Source: Phoronis australis
Lineage: Eukaryota; Animalia; Phoronida
Length of the DNA stretch: 64,000 nt
Direction of reading: 5' to 3'
Assembly (NCBI GenBank): GCA_002633005.1
Contig: NMRA01000350.1
Span: 69,642-133,641, forward strand
In this document: piece after piece, positions 38,101-50,200 of the stretch
Position numbering within the stretch: the stretch's first letter is position 1
How the letters are laid out: every line of letters begins with the position of its first letter
Notes under the pieces: generated by a model
Database searches by the model: none
The model's input: the letters and a program-made list of their open reading frames with translations, nothing else
Told to the model about the DNA's origin: nothing
Made by a program: the position numbers and the translations under genes

Positions 38101-41100
38101 GGACCCCTCTCTCCAGGTAACCCTTGAGGCCCCGTGTCTCCTGGCACACCAGGCAAACCACGCGGTCCCTCACTACCTATGTTGAAAAACGTATTGTCCA
38201 ATATGTCGTACTAACACACGACAATGACAATGCTAACAACGACAAAAGCACATACACCCTGAACACTATCTCGCGTTAAACCAGGATACGACAGAAAAGA
38301 TTTAAAAGCTGCACTAGCACATACGATAAAGTAGAAGTTTTCGGTCTTTAAAAGCTTTTGAAAAATACTCAATAGCGTAGACAGCCACTCTAACATTTAT
38401 GCACCGATACCAAAAGCTTACCTTTTTCTCCAGGAAGTCCAATTCCATCTAGCCCTCTCAATCCCTGGTCACCTTTCTTCCCATTGGCACCTGTCGGTCC
38501 AGGCGGGCCAGCAACCCCGGGTTGTCCTTTTGGTCCTTCATCTCCTGGTTCACCAGGTAATCCGACACCAGGATCACCTTTCCGGCCTGGTTCACCCGGA
38601 AATCCGGGAGCTCCCGTCTGACCTTTCTGACCGACTCCTGGTAAACCTTGTAGACCAAGCTCTCCTTTCTCACCAGGCACACCTTTACTACCCTCCGGAC
38701 CCGGGTCACCCTTGCGACCCGACTCTCCAGGAAAACCAGACTTGCCTTTTATACCTGGTGAGCCTGCTTTCCCAGGCTCACCTGGTATACCAACTCCTGG
38801 CTCCCCTTTGGGGCCGGTTTTACCGGGAGGTCCCTGAGGCCCTTCTAAACCAACACCGTCTTTTCCGGGAGTACCATCGTTACCGGGTAACCCAGGATCT
38901 CCTGCAAGTCCCGGCTCTCCTTTTTGTCCCCATTCACCTGGAACTCCTATGCCAGGATCACCCTTTGGTCCCCTTTCTCCACGTTTGCCAGCAGCACCTT
39001 TTTCACCTGTCTCACCTGGTGACCCAGGTACACCGGGAGGTCCAACTTCACCTGATGGTCCGACAGGACCACGTTCTCCCGGCTCTCCTGGGTTACCCGG
39101 AGGTCCAGTTTCGCCTGGTTGCCCTTGTTGTCCTCGAGGGCCTTCGACACCCACACCGTCTTTTCCAGGTATTCCGTTCTCGCCAGGCAGTCCTGGTTCT
39201 CCTGCGATACCGGGCTCTCCCTGGGGCCCTTGCTGTCCTGTTAAACCTACACCTGGTTCACCTTGGGGTCCAGTGGTGCCGGGTTCACCTACCTCCCCCG
39301 GTTCACCTTTCTGTCCGACGCCGATCTCCCCCTTTTCCCCCTGTATTCCTGCAGGACCCGGCAAACCAGGTGGTCCGATGTCACCAGGATCTCCGGCAGG
39401 TCCACGCTCACCTGGTTTACCTGGGATGCCACCAGGGCCGATGTCGCCTGGTCGTCCGTCGAGACCCGGTGATCCTGAAATGTTAATAATCTTCGAGTTA
39501 TCAAATTTTCTGTTTCGAAAATATAAGATGCAAAACAGTACTCGAACCGCACATGTAGAGTGAGTTTAGAATGACACCGCCTACACAGTTGTTAACTGTG
39601 AAGCTTTTATTGCTTACATCGAACTTTATTCAGACCCACCTGGTTTTCCTTGTACACCGATAGGCCCTGGGGCACCCTTTTCTCCCTGGTCTCCCTTGGT
39701 TGCTTTCCCGGGAATTCCCGGGGGACCTGGGGCCCCCGGTTTTCCTACACCGTCCTTTCCTGGAACACCAGGCTCACCGGGTTTTCCAATGCCCGGTTGA
39801 CCTGAAATATAGAGAAACAACCGTCATCATAATCAAGGAAACTCTTTCTTGTTGTACGTTTTAAACAACGGTCAAAGTCACACAGTTCAAAGTTGTTAAA
39901 GCTAGGCAAATTTCAAACCACTCGGTCACCCAACTATAGTTTAGTCATCAACATGGCGCTCACAATCATACTCACGGGGCATTCAAGTGGGCATCCTGCA
40001 TTTTGCCCATGTTCAAATGTCCCTATGGTTTCCTCTCATTTCCGAACTCTCGTCCCTGACAATCTAACGCTTGTTTAATTCTTCGAACAAGTCAAGAGAT
40101 GCCTACTTAGTTTACTTGTATGGTTTTGATGGCCTTTACTTAGCGAATTGCATGCCTTCTTTCTAAATTCGTTTTAATACCTTTAACCTGTACTGGCTTG
40201 CAGCGGAATGGCTTATAAACTTACCAGGTGATCCTGGTGGTCCTTGCACGCCCTCTCCCGGCAGGCCCTGCTCTCCTTTCTCCCCCTGCTGTCCTATCGC
40301 TATCCCTGGTGGTCCGGGAGGGCCAGTTGGTCCCGGCTGGCCAACGCCATCCTTTCCTGGGTCACCTTAAAATAGGTAAAGAAACGTGATATTTTTGGAG
40401 AGAAAGTACACCATTCAGGATCTATCCGTGTAGTTAAGATTCGCCCGCCTACCATGAAATTGTTTTAAATTAGTCTAGTTCAGCTCCCGCATTACACACA
40501 TAATCTAAAACTTGGACGCTTGTTCTTCAGCAAAATCGAGCGTGCCAGCTTTTCCCCAACGTTTTTCTATCTTGGTTGCTAAAAAGTGCTGTGTGATATT
40601 CCATATTAACCAAGAGCAACATTGATCCCAAAAGTTTGTAATACATTTCATACCGTTGACAATTTATCTTCACATTTGCCTATTGAAACTTACCTCTTGC
40701 ACCTTTTTGGCCCGCCCCTGGGTCACCCTTCTCGCCTTTTGACCCTGCCGTCATCACTATCTCGCCCTTTTCACCTTTGGCTCCTGGATCACCTCTTAAA
40801 GATTTCCCTGGAATACCAGGCTGTCCCTTTGGTCCAGGCGGTCCAGGAATGGATTTTCCAGGTTTACCATCTTCTCCTGGAACACCACTCTCTCCTGGTA
40901 TCCCTGGGTGACCCGGAATTCCCGGTTTGCCGGCTTCTCCCTTCTGACCTATTTACGAAACACAATAAATTACAAGCGACAATTTCCGACTACAGTTTTT
41001 ACAACCGAGTCCAGAAATTGATGGTAATGTACGCAAAAATACGGGAGAAATCAATTTTAAAACAGTGACGAATCTTTTGATGGACACTTTCATTGTCACT

Positions 41101-44100
41101 ATGATTTGTAACCATGGATACCGTTAATTTATTGCACAGGAATGTTGAATCCTGTATAGATTTGCTTCGCAGGTATGAACGAGCACGCTGCCAAGAGAAA
41201 ACAAATTGTCACATGTAAGACCCATGGCACACTACGGGGCTAGAATAGTATTTTGACCTTTAGAGGCGTATCTTTATAAATTTCACTTTATTTGAGGTAG
41301 CATGATACAAATTTCGAAATTCAGCCCGCGTCAAAATTCGTCATGTTTTTTTTACAAAATTAGCAAAAAGTTGCCACTGAATCTGTCGTCTTTCTTCTAT
41401 GTATATGCATGTAATTAATAAACTTTGAAGTTAAAACTAAACATTAACATTTACACGTTGGATCACCAGATGACAAAACATAAAAGTTCAACTGGCATTT
41501 CTATTGAACTGCCGGTGGTTTTAGCATGCTTAATTCACAGTATAAATTTTGACAATTCCCAAAGGGATGCGCGCAGATACACTGAACAATACTTGACGTG
41601 CATCCGGATGAGCGCTGGAGACAGGACACCTCACGGAGGTGTGGTTCGTATCCCGAGAAATTTTCAAAATTTATTGATTGTGGCTTAACGTGAGTTGTGG
41701 TTCATTCCAGTCGTAGCCATGTCACGGTTTACAATTTGAGGCCAATTTCATAACACAGTAAGTGGTCTAAAATTAAAAGGTGGGTTTTGTGATGAAAATC
41801 GACTTAATAGCCGCTTAAACAAGCCAGGAATCGATTCTAAGTACGTAAACAGTTACACAAAGACCTAAAATTTTCCAAAGATGAAAAAAGCATCGAGTAA
41901 TAATGCTTGCCAGCAACAGCAGCCTAGGATTTTCATATCCCATTCTATTACAATTTAACTTACCCACGCCAGGTTCACCTGGGATACCTCGGGGACCCAG
42001 TCCACCAGGCTCTCCAGGCGCACCGGGAGGTCCAACGGCGCCTGGCTGACCAGCTGGGCCAATGGGGCCGATTTCGCCAGGTTCCCCTTTGATACTTTTC
42101 CCAGGGGGACCCTGCTCTCCTGGCAATCCAACTTTTCCAGNCAGATGACAAAACATAAAAGTTCAACTGGCATTTCTATTGAACTGCCGGTGGTTTTAGC
42201 ATGCTTAATTCACAGTAAAAATTTTGACAATTCCCAAAGGGATGCGCGCAGATGCACTGAACAATACTTGACGTGCATCCGGATGAGCGCTGGAGACAGG
42301 ACACCTCACGGAGGTGTGGTTCGTATCCCGAGAAATTTTCAAAATTTATTGATTGTGGGTTAACGTGAGTTGTGGTTCATTCCAGTCGTAGCCATGTCAC
42401 GGTTTACAATTTGAGGCCAATTTCATAACACAGTAAGTGGTCTAAAATTAAAAGGTGAGTTTTGTGATGAAAATCGACTTAATAGCCGCTTAAACAAGCC
42501 AGGAATCGATTCTAAGTACGTAAACAGTTACACAAAGACCTAAAATTTTCCCAAGATGAAAAAAGCATCGAGTAATAATGCTTGCCAGCAACATCAGTCT
42601 AGGATATTCATATCCCATTCTATTACAATTTAACTTACCCACGCCAGGTTCACCTGGGATACCTCGGGGACCCAGTCCACCAGGCTCTCCAGGCGCACCG
42701 GGAGGTCCAACGGCGCCTGGCTGACCAGCTGGGCCAATGGGGCCGATTTTGCCAGGTTCCCCTTTGATACTTTTCCCAGGGGGACCCTGCTCTCCTGGCA
42801 ATCCAACTTTTCCAGGAACACCTGGTTCTCCGTTACCACCGGGAATCCCTTGAGTGCCTGGAATACCCTATAAATGGGAGTAAAATCAGTGCGCGGGTAG
42901 GTTTAAATGCTTAATGAGATATTTCTATTAAAAGATATAAGCGCTTCATCGGTGGGTAAAGATGAAGTGAGAATGAACCGACTTCATCTGTCAAAATACT
43001 GGAATCTAGTCCTTACTCCGACCATAATTTGTATTGCATGTACCTCTAAATAACTGACTGTGTTTTCGGCCCTTGAGATTTACCTGCTCTGCCGTGAATT
43101 GTTGTATTCTTTCTTCTTTCTTACAATGTATATAGAGCAATGCAGTAGGGAATCTCGAGTATGCCACAAGGCACCTGAAGGATTATTAGTTTTCATCTTG
43201 CATATTCTCCTGTTCTTTCGACGTTGTGAAAATTACTTACCGGCTCGCCCTTGCCACCTTTAGCGCCATATCCTGGGGTGCCATAGGGCCCGGGATCGCC
43301 CTTTTCTCCCTGCAAAGTACACTTTTACAAATCAATTGTTTCGTAGTTGTATGTAGAACAGAGAACTTATAGGAATCTTCACCAAACTAGCGTTTTGCTC
43401 TGTCTAACTATACTAACAAACTACGATTTTGTTGATTGTGGTGATCAAAGTCGCACTATCGAGAATTGCAGAATTTTTCCCCTTAAACAATTACTCGAGC
43501 AACCACAACGACGGCTGGACCACAACAGTAGTAGAAATAGTAGTATCGTGATAGTAGTTTTGGAACACACTAGTGGTACTGGGATTTTCTGTAGATAAGC
43601 CAATGGGCGTGTATTCGGAAAATGAAAATTTTCAGGAGTTTTGGTAACATCAAGCAAACGCCCGGGCGTTTATTCGGAATAATTTTCCAAATAAGCAACC
43701 CCTGGCGTTTCATCTGATCGGTATATGATCTACCGAAAATTCCAATAGCAATAGTAAAGGTTGAAGTATTAGTAGCAGTGGTCGCAGTAATAAGAGTAAT
43801 AGTACACTACAGTAGTAGTAACATAAGTAGTAGCAGTAACAGTAGCAGTAGTAGTAACAGTAGCAGTAGTAGTAACAGTAGCAGTAGTAGTAACAGTAGC
43901 AGTAGTAGTAACAGTAGCAGTAGTAGTAACAGTAGCAGTAGTAGTAACAGTAGCAGTAGTAGTAACAGTAGCAGTAGTAGTAACAGTAGCAGTAGTAGTA
44001 ACAGTAGCAGTAGTAGTAACAGTAGCAGTAGTAGTAACAGTAGCAGTAGTAGTAACAGTAGCAGTAGTAGTAACAGTAGCAGTAGTAGTAACAGTAGCAG

Positions 44101-44161
44101 TAGTAGTAACAGTAGCAGTAGTAGTAACAGTAGCAGTAGTAGTAACAGTAGCAGTAGTAGT

Positions 44162-44240
<79 letters not shown>

Positions 44241-47200
44241 GCAGCAGCAGAAGTGCATGTTGCATAGACTCAGTAATAGTGTTGGTGTTGGTGGTAATAG
44301 TAGTAGACTAGTAGTAGAAGTAGCAGTGGTAATAATATTAGTTGATATGTTGAAGTACGGCAGAAGTGGCAGTACCGAGGTAGAATTTGTTCAAAATAAA
44401 CCCTATCCTTGAAACCTTGTATAGAAGTTACAGTGATTATTTTCAGGGGCTGCAATATGCCCATTCCCCAAACCCTAGTAATATTTGTAGTAGTTATAGT
44501 GGTAGAAGTAATAGTTGTAGTAATAGTGGTAGTGGTAGTAGCAGTAGTAGTAGTACTTGTAGTTATGGCAATGCTTGCTGTTGGAGAAGCAGTGGTAGTC
44601 TCAGCAGAGTAGAGCAGTGATTTACAACACGCTAGTAACAACAGGAACAGTAACAACAATTGTAGAAACAGTTTTAATAGTAGTAGAGAGTTTCAGCAGT
44701 TAGCAGTCCTATAAGCCCAGTGGTAGTAATAGAAATAGCAGTAGTTTTAGCAACAACAGCACCATCAGCTGTAACAGCATCTGCTGTTTTTGCGGTCGTA
44801 AACAGTGTGAGAAAAAACGAAAGACGCTGCAGCAAAGGTAACAGCAACATCAAAGACAAAGTTACCTTTGGAAGCAGTCAATGTAAAATAAGTCACCAAG
44901 AATTCTACAAACACAATGACATGGACGAGAACCCGGATTGATGTTGATGGCAGAAATAGCCATGAGCTTGGCTGATGCTAACATAGAACTCAAGGCAGTC
45001 TACTGCACCTGGAATTGAGCAAAACGGTCAAACATTGTGGACCTCTTGTTCCGCCGAAGTAAAGGAATGGCGCTTGCAGTAACCTACGGTACGTGAAAGT
45101 TTCATGCTTGGTGTGCCTCACCTTAAGTCCAGCTTTCAGGAGAACCGATTCCTCAATGGCTTTTAGCGCTGCCGAAGTCATATCTACTTTTCCGGGAATT
45201 CCCTGTCAAATTAACCAACAGACAACAATCAATGACAAGGTAGCCAGTCTTCCATTTTTCTAACTGCAACCCGCAAGAAAATACCTTGTTCGTAAAAAAC
45301 GCGTTTCATGAGAAAATTTCTAAAAAATGTAAATGAGCTCGTAAGAAAAGAATTCAATTTCCGCGACAAAAGAACATTGTTCATGTACAGTTGAGGTAGT
45401 ATTAAATTCTTACGCCCACGTGGTTGCTTATTCACAACTGGCTTTTGATAAAGGCATTTCGCCAAAAACATGAATGTTGTAACATCCATTATATCGGCCA
45501 GAATTGAAGTAGCAGCTTTCTCATCTTGTCTTCTCATTGTCCTGGAAACAGTTTTGTAACAGTACTCGGAGAAGCAAGTGTATGAATGGGTTAACAAACT
45601 TGAAGAATATATGATCTCAGATAATTTTACGCGTATAATCGAATAGGTCATGGTAATCGCTTATTTCTGCATAAATCCAGTAGCTTCGATATTTACTTAC
45701 ATCCAACCCTCTTTCGCCCTTAGCGCCGTTTAATCCAGGTACGCCCTTGAATGCAAATAGAAGCAAGTTAAAATATATGAAAGTAAAACCTTCACAATAT
45801 GATAATGTTTGAATTCGGTTACCTAGAGATTTGGTATGACATTTTAAGTATTTCTTCTTCAATTACGTACTTTTAATCAAGAAATAAGCGCAAAAATAAA
45901 ACGTTTTTTTGTGTGACATCCTTATTGGATCCGGGGGCCCGTTCCAAGAAACTGGTTTAAGTTCATTTTTGACTTAAGTCGTGGGTATGTCTCAACTTCT
46001 GAACTTTGAAACTTCCACATCCGTTCACTTAGTCGAACTTAAGACAAAACTTAAGTACAAAACTTAAGTCAAATTTAATATCAATTTCTTCGAACAGACT
46101 TCGGGTGATAATTCTCCAATATCCACTCGGGCTCCAGATAACGGGGGATAACGACTTCGCCATGTAATTATCTATATTCATCACATATTTTTCACCTTCG
46201 AAATGTCAGAGCGTAAACGTCGTTCGATCTGACTGCAAGCGAAATTTCTTCCTAAACCGTATCAAAACAGATTAAGGAAGGAATGAAGACTGACGTGACA
46301 ACTTTACTTGCTCGTCGTGTCGCTCAAAGTCCGCAACTTTATCCTCTGACTAAGGAGCTTACTTGCGCACTCTGAGTAATACTTTTTGTTGAACTTGAGA
46401 ATATCCAAGTTACCCAGCCTTGCGCGCGCCAAAAAAATCTATGGACTGAATAGGCGGGGCCATGGCCCCACTGCGCCCCACCTTGGCTACGCCTGTGGCC
46501 TTATCTGAAGTACATACTCATCCGGGTGAGTCAAAAGTATTGTTCATGTGCAACGGTAAGCTAATTTTGTGTACTTGCGATTATTTCGCTTATTTGTAAA
46601 CTCAGATATGCAAAACAGAGATTATAAATGAGTTCAACATGCTTCACTTAGGTGTGAACAAAACAATATATTCACCGCTGAACCCTTTTTTCCCTTTTGT
46701 CCATTCCAGCCTGGTAAACCGTTCTCACCCTGAAACAATGAGACAAATGGTTTTTACGTACTCAGTGAATTAAAAGTCTAGTGAAAACAAAATCCAAGTA
46801 AAAACGCGTATAGCATATGCCTTTATGTCTGTCTTAATGGACTGATTTCATGCGCCGGCAGTCAACCTGAGACGTGGAACTTACATTTGTCAGTTCAATC
46901 ATTCGTCTCTTACCAAGGAAAATTTACTACACATGTGTTGAAATCTGGTGGTGAAAATCGACATATTGTACTTACGTCCTTGCCATTGCATCCTGGTATT
47001 CCTCGCTCACCTCTGGGGCCAGGTAATCCCTGTTTGCCCTGCTGACCATCGACTCCAGGAATTCCAGGGAAGCCCCTTGCACCCTGGCGGAAATTATAAA
47101 ATCAGCAAGTACGTTTTGCAAGTCTGCCTGGACGATTCAGACATGTTGTCTCAATTGCGTTTCATGTCTTATTATTATCAATTTTCATGATACTATTCTC

Positions 47201-50200
47201 TAGTATCATATCAAACGGAAATAACAACTGAATAAATTATACACCTCGATTGTAGCGACACCAGCTGGAGGCCATTGCGATGATGGAGCTAAACCTCCGA
47301 CCACTCAATTAATGACAGAGAACATTAAAAGCGTTCCTTAAACTGGCGTTGATTTCAGCGAACGTCTGCCAGAAAACAACGAGAATTAGGGATTTTCTAT
47401 AGAACCATAACATGCGCGCACCAAGTCTAAAAATGAGGGGCTCAAATTTTTGAGAATGTGGGCCTGTTACTAAGATTCACGGGGTTCTTTCCGAGCTATC
47501 AATTGGGCATTCGCGAATTTTGGAAGTTACTGCCTTTTAGTGGACTTTTGTTTCGTTTTCTACTTTTTTCAGCGAACGTCTGCCAGAAAACAACGAGAAT
47601 TAGGGATTTTCTATAGAACCATAACATGCGCGCACCAAGCCTAAAAATGGGGGCTCAAATTTTTGAGAATGTGGGCCTGTTATTGTTGACAAAGGAAGTT
47701 ATTACATCCGAAAATTTCAAATTTTAGTTGATCCATTCTTGTTGTTTTATTTACCGATTTATATTCTACTTTTTTCGGAATTTTTGTTTCTCTGAGGCGG
47801 ACCTTTTTGCCCACTTCTCCAAACAGGGTTCTCGTTCGAGCCACCCTGGGTGCGTGTGTGCATAACCGTGGTCAAAGCCAATAACTTCAAGAAGTGTCTC
47901 CCGTTCAAAACAATCCCAAAATTAGTGTTTTCGGCAGTAAAACAGAGATTTAGTATTCCTAATTGCACGATATTACCACACACTCATTGGTCATTACGGT
48001 AAGATAAACCACCACTAATTTGTCATATTTGACTTTGCCCTGCCACTCCGGGATTCGTCTTAACCTCTGTGTGGATCTTTAATATCTTTTTCATGAAAAT
48101 GCACCAAAAGATTAAAAATACATTCCATAGTAAGCAACATCTGCCGCATTCTCCTAAAGAGCACATGAAACATATCGTGGTGGGAAAATAACAGTTTAAT
48201 AATGGCAAAAAACGGCTGTTAAATTTTACAAAAGCAGAGTCTGTTCATATGAAGCCGCTTTTTTCAAATCTCTCAAATTTGCAATATGCATTGGAATGAA
48301 ATCAAGCCAATTTGTTTACTCTATACCCAACTATACCGAGAGGAGACACATTCTCGACCAGAATTAACTCCCCTGTCTACAGTCCTTAGCAAAATCTCGA
48401 CCGTATTGCAAGTACGCTCGCCTTAAAGGAGAATGCCATCCGATTTAATTAGACTTTTTTACCGTCTTAATCGGTCTATATACACATCGCCTCTTATACG
48501 ATCGACCTCACCTTGCCGAGAGATGTCTTGTTAACTTGTGAGGAAGGTGAGAAGTGAACCAGCGACGTCAGCGGTTGGCCGCAGAGTGAATGCCGCTATA
48601 TCGCGGTGCATCGGTTCCCGCTTGTCCGAACTATGAAGCTGCGAAGAAAGCGGGTGTATCGTTTTTCCGACTTCCTCGAGAGCCCGAAATGCTTAGGAAG
48701 TGGTTCGTGGTAGTGAAGAATGAAAGGTACGCTGTTAATAGCAAGTATGAGGCCGTGAAATATCTCCGTGTCTGTGGCCGGCATTTCGTCGACAGTGATT
48801 TCTCTGACGAATTCCGGCTTACCGAAGAACTATCCATACGTTCCGTTGCCTGTGCATGTTCACGGCCTCTAGTATTTCTTGATCAGTGTATTCCGGTTCG
48901 AATTGATAGCTGTGAAACCTACCGATCCGATCCGTGCAGTGTTCGTGGCCGGGGTTGAGCTCTTGGCTAACTAAGTCGGGATTGGCGCCGAGCGAGTTGA
49001 CATGTAGACGTTTATTATTCTGCGTTCTGTTTCAAAATGAATTATTCTCCATCCTAACCAATGCTTATATAAAACTGAAACAAAGTCTGCCTCATTAGAT
49101 ACAAGTTGTAATGCCTTTGCAGTATTTGTGAATGTAATTGAGATGCCAGTAATCAATAAACCACTGCGTTACCGGGTTTTGATACCAGCAATGACCGGGC
49201 ACCGAGGCCCCGTGAGCGCATGCTAATTCAGTGTTTGCTGACAGAAAGCTGTTGTGAAACAATTACTCGATTTTATATCTATGGTCACATATTAAGGGAA
49301 TCTTTATTCAGAAATACAATTACATTATTCAAATCATTGTTACTGTACAACCTTTGACCTGACGGTCTGTGGAAGGGGAACCCGGCTTTGCGGCCCCCGA
49401 CAATTAGTAAGTAGATTTTCAGTTTCGTGGCTAATTTCCATTATTTCTTTGGCTCACCATTATAGTTTTTTCCTGACTGTCGGTTTAGTTTTGTAACTCG
49501 AGCTGGTTTATGTTCGTGCCAGTCCCGGTGGCCGCGACGGGCCTGATCGGGTTCCGAGCCACTGGCCGGGATAACGAGTCAGTCCGGCCGCGACGGACCT
49601 GATCGGGTTACGAGCTCTGGCCGGGATAACAAGCATTTTGTGTGTTTAGAACTCAAAAAATCATAAGTCTAAACAACACAGTTCTAGGTTCTCCTGTCTG
49701 TATTTCACGGAAGAATACTTCGAATTTATCTCCGACCAAACCCCAGACTCCTGGTATGGACCTTGGTAAATTGGCCTGCCGAACTTTGTAGGCTACAGTG
49801 TGTCCAAATAAAAATAAATCTGTAACAGCGAAATCAAAACAAAACGTTTTTATAAGAACTCGGTGTATTTTTAAAAGTTTTACATCGAATTTCGATTATT
49901 TATTGGTGTTAAACGATGAATTCAAGCGATAACCTGACACCATTAACCCGTGTTGTGAACTGCTGAGCAGACTGCGTGTGAAACCAATTACGTCATTGGA
50001 TAATTTCAAAACCTCCGCCCGCCGTCAGGTGCCAGGTAACGCAACCGAACGCGCCGTTATCGAGTAGAACTACTCGATCTAAATCTAAATTGATACAAAA
50101 TGGGTTGTTTTATGGGTGGCATACTCCTTTAATTCGCATTATGCCGCAAGATCCCACAAGGAATCGCCTTGTATAAACGCATCGCGGCGCTCGCTGGTTC

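Noticed and set aside
37653-39563. Long + strand Pro/Gly-rich ORFs (up to 318 aa)
   Set aside because: Antisense shadows of Gly-X-Y exons.
41964-42140. Additional collagen exon
   Set aside because: Truncated at the N with no acceptor; duplicate of 42639-42815.
43841-44164. CRISPR-like array
   Set aside because: Contiguous identical units with no spacers, in eukaryotic intron context.
43710-44941. Long ORFs of poly-Ser, poly-Leu, Cys/Tyr or Thr
   Set aside because: Translations of the microsatellite tract in a collagen intron; no splice or domain support.
48028-48070. Possible small collagen exon (NPGVAGQ)
   Set aside because: Only two triplets and no suitable donor site.
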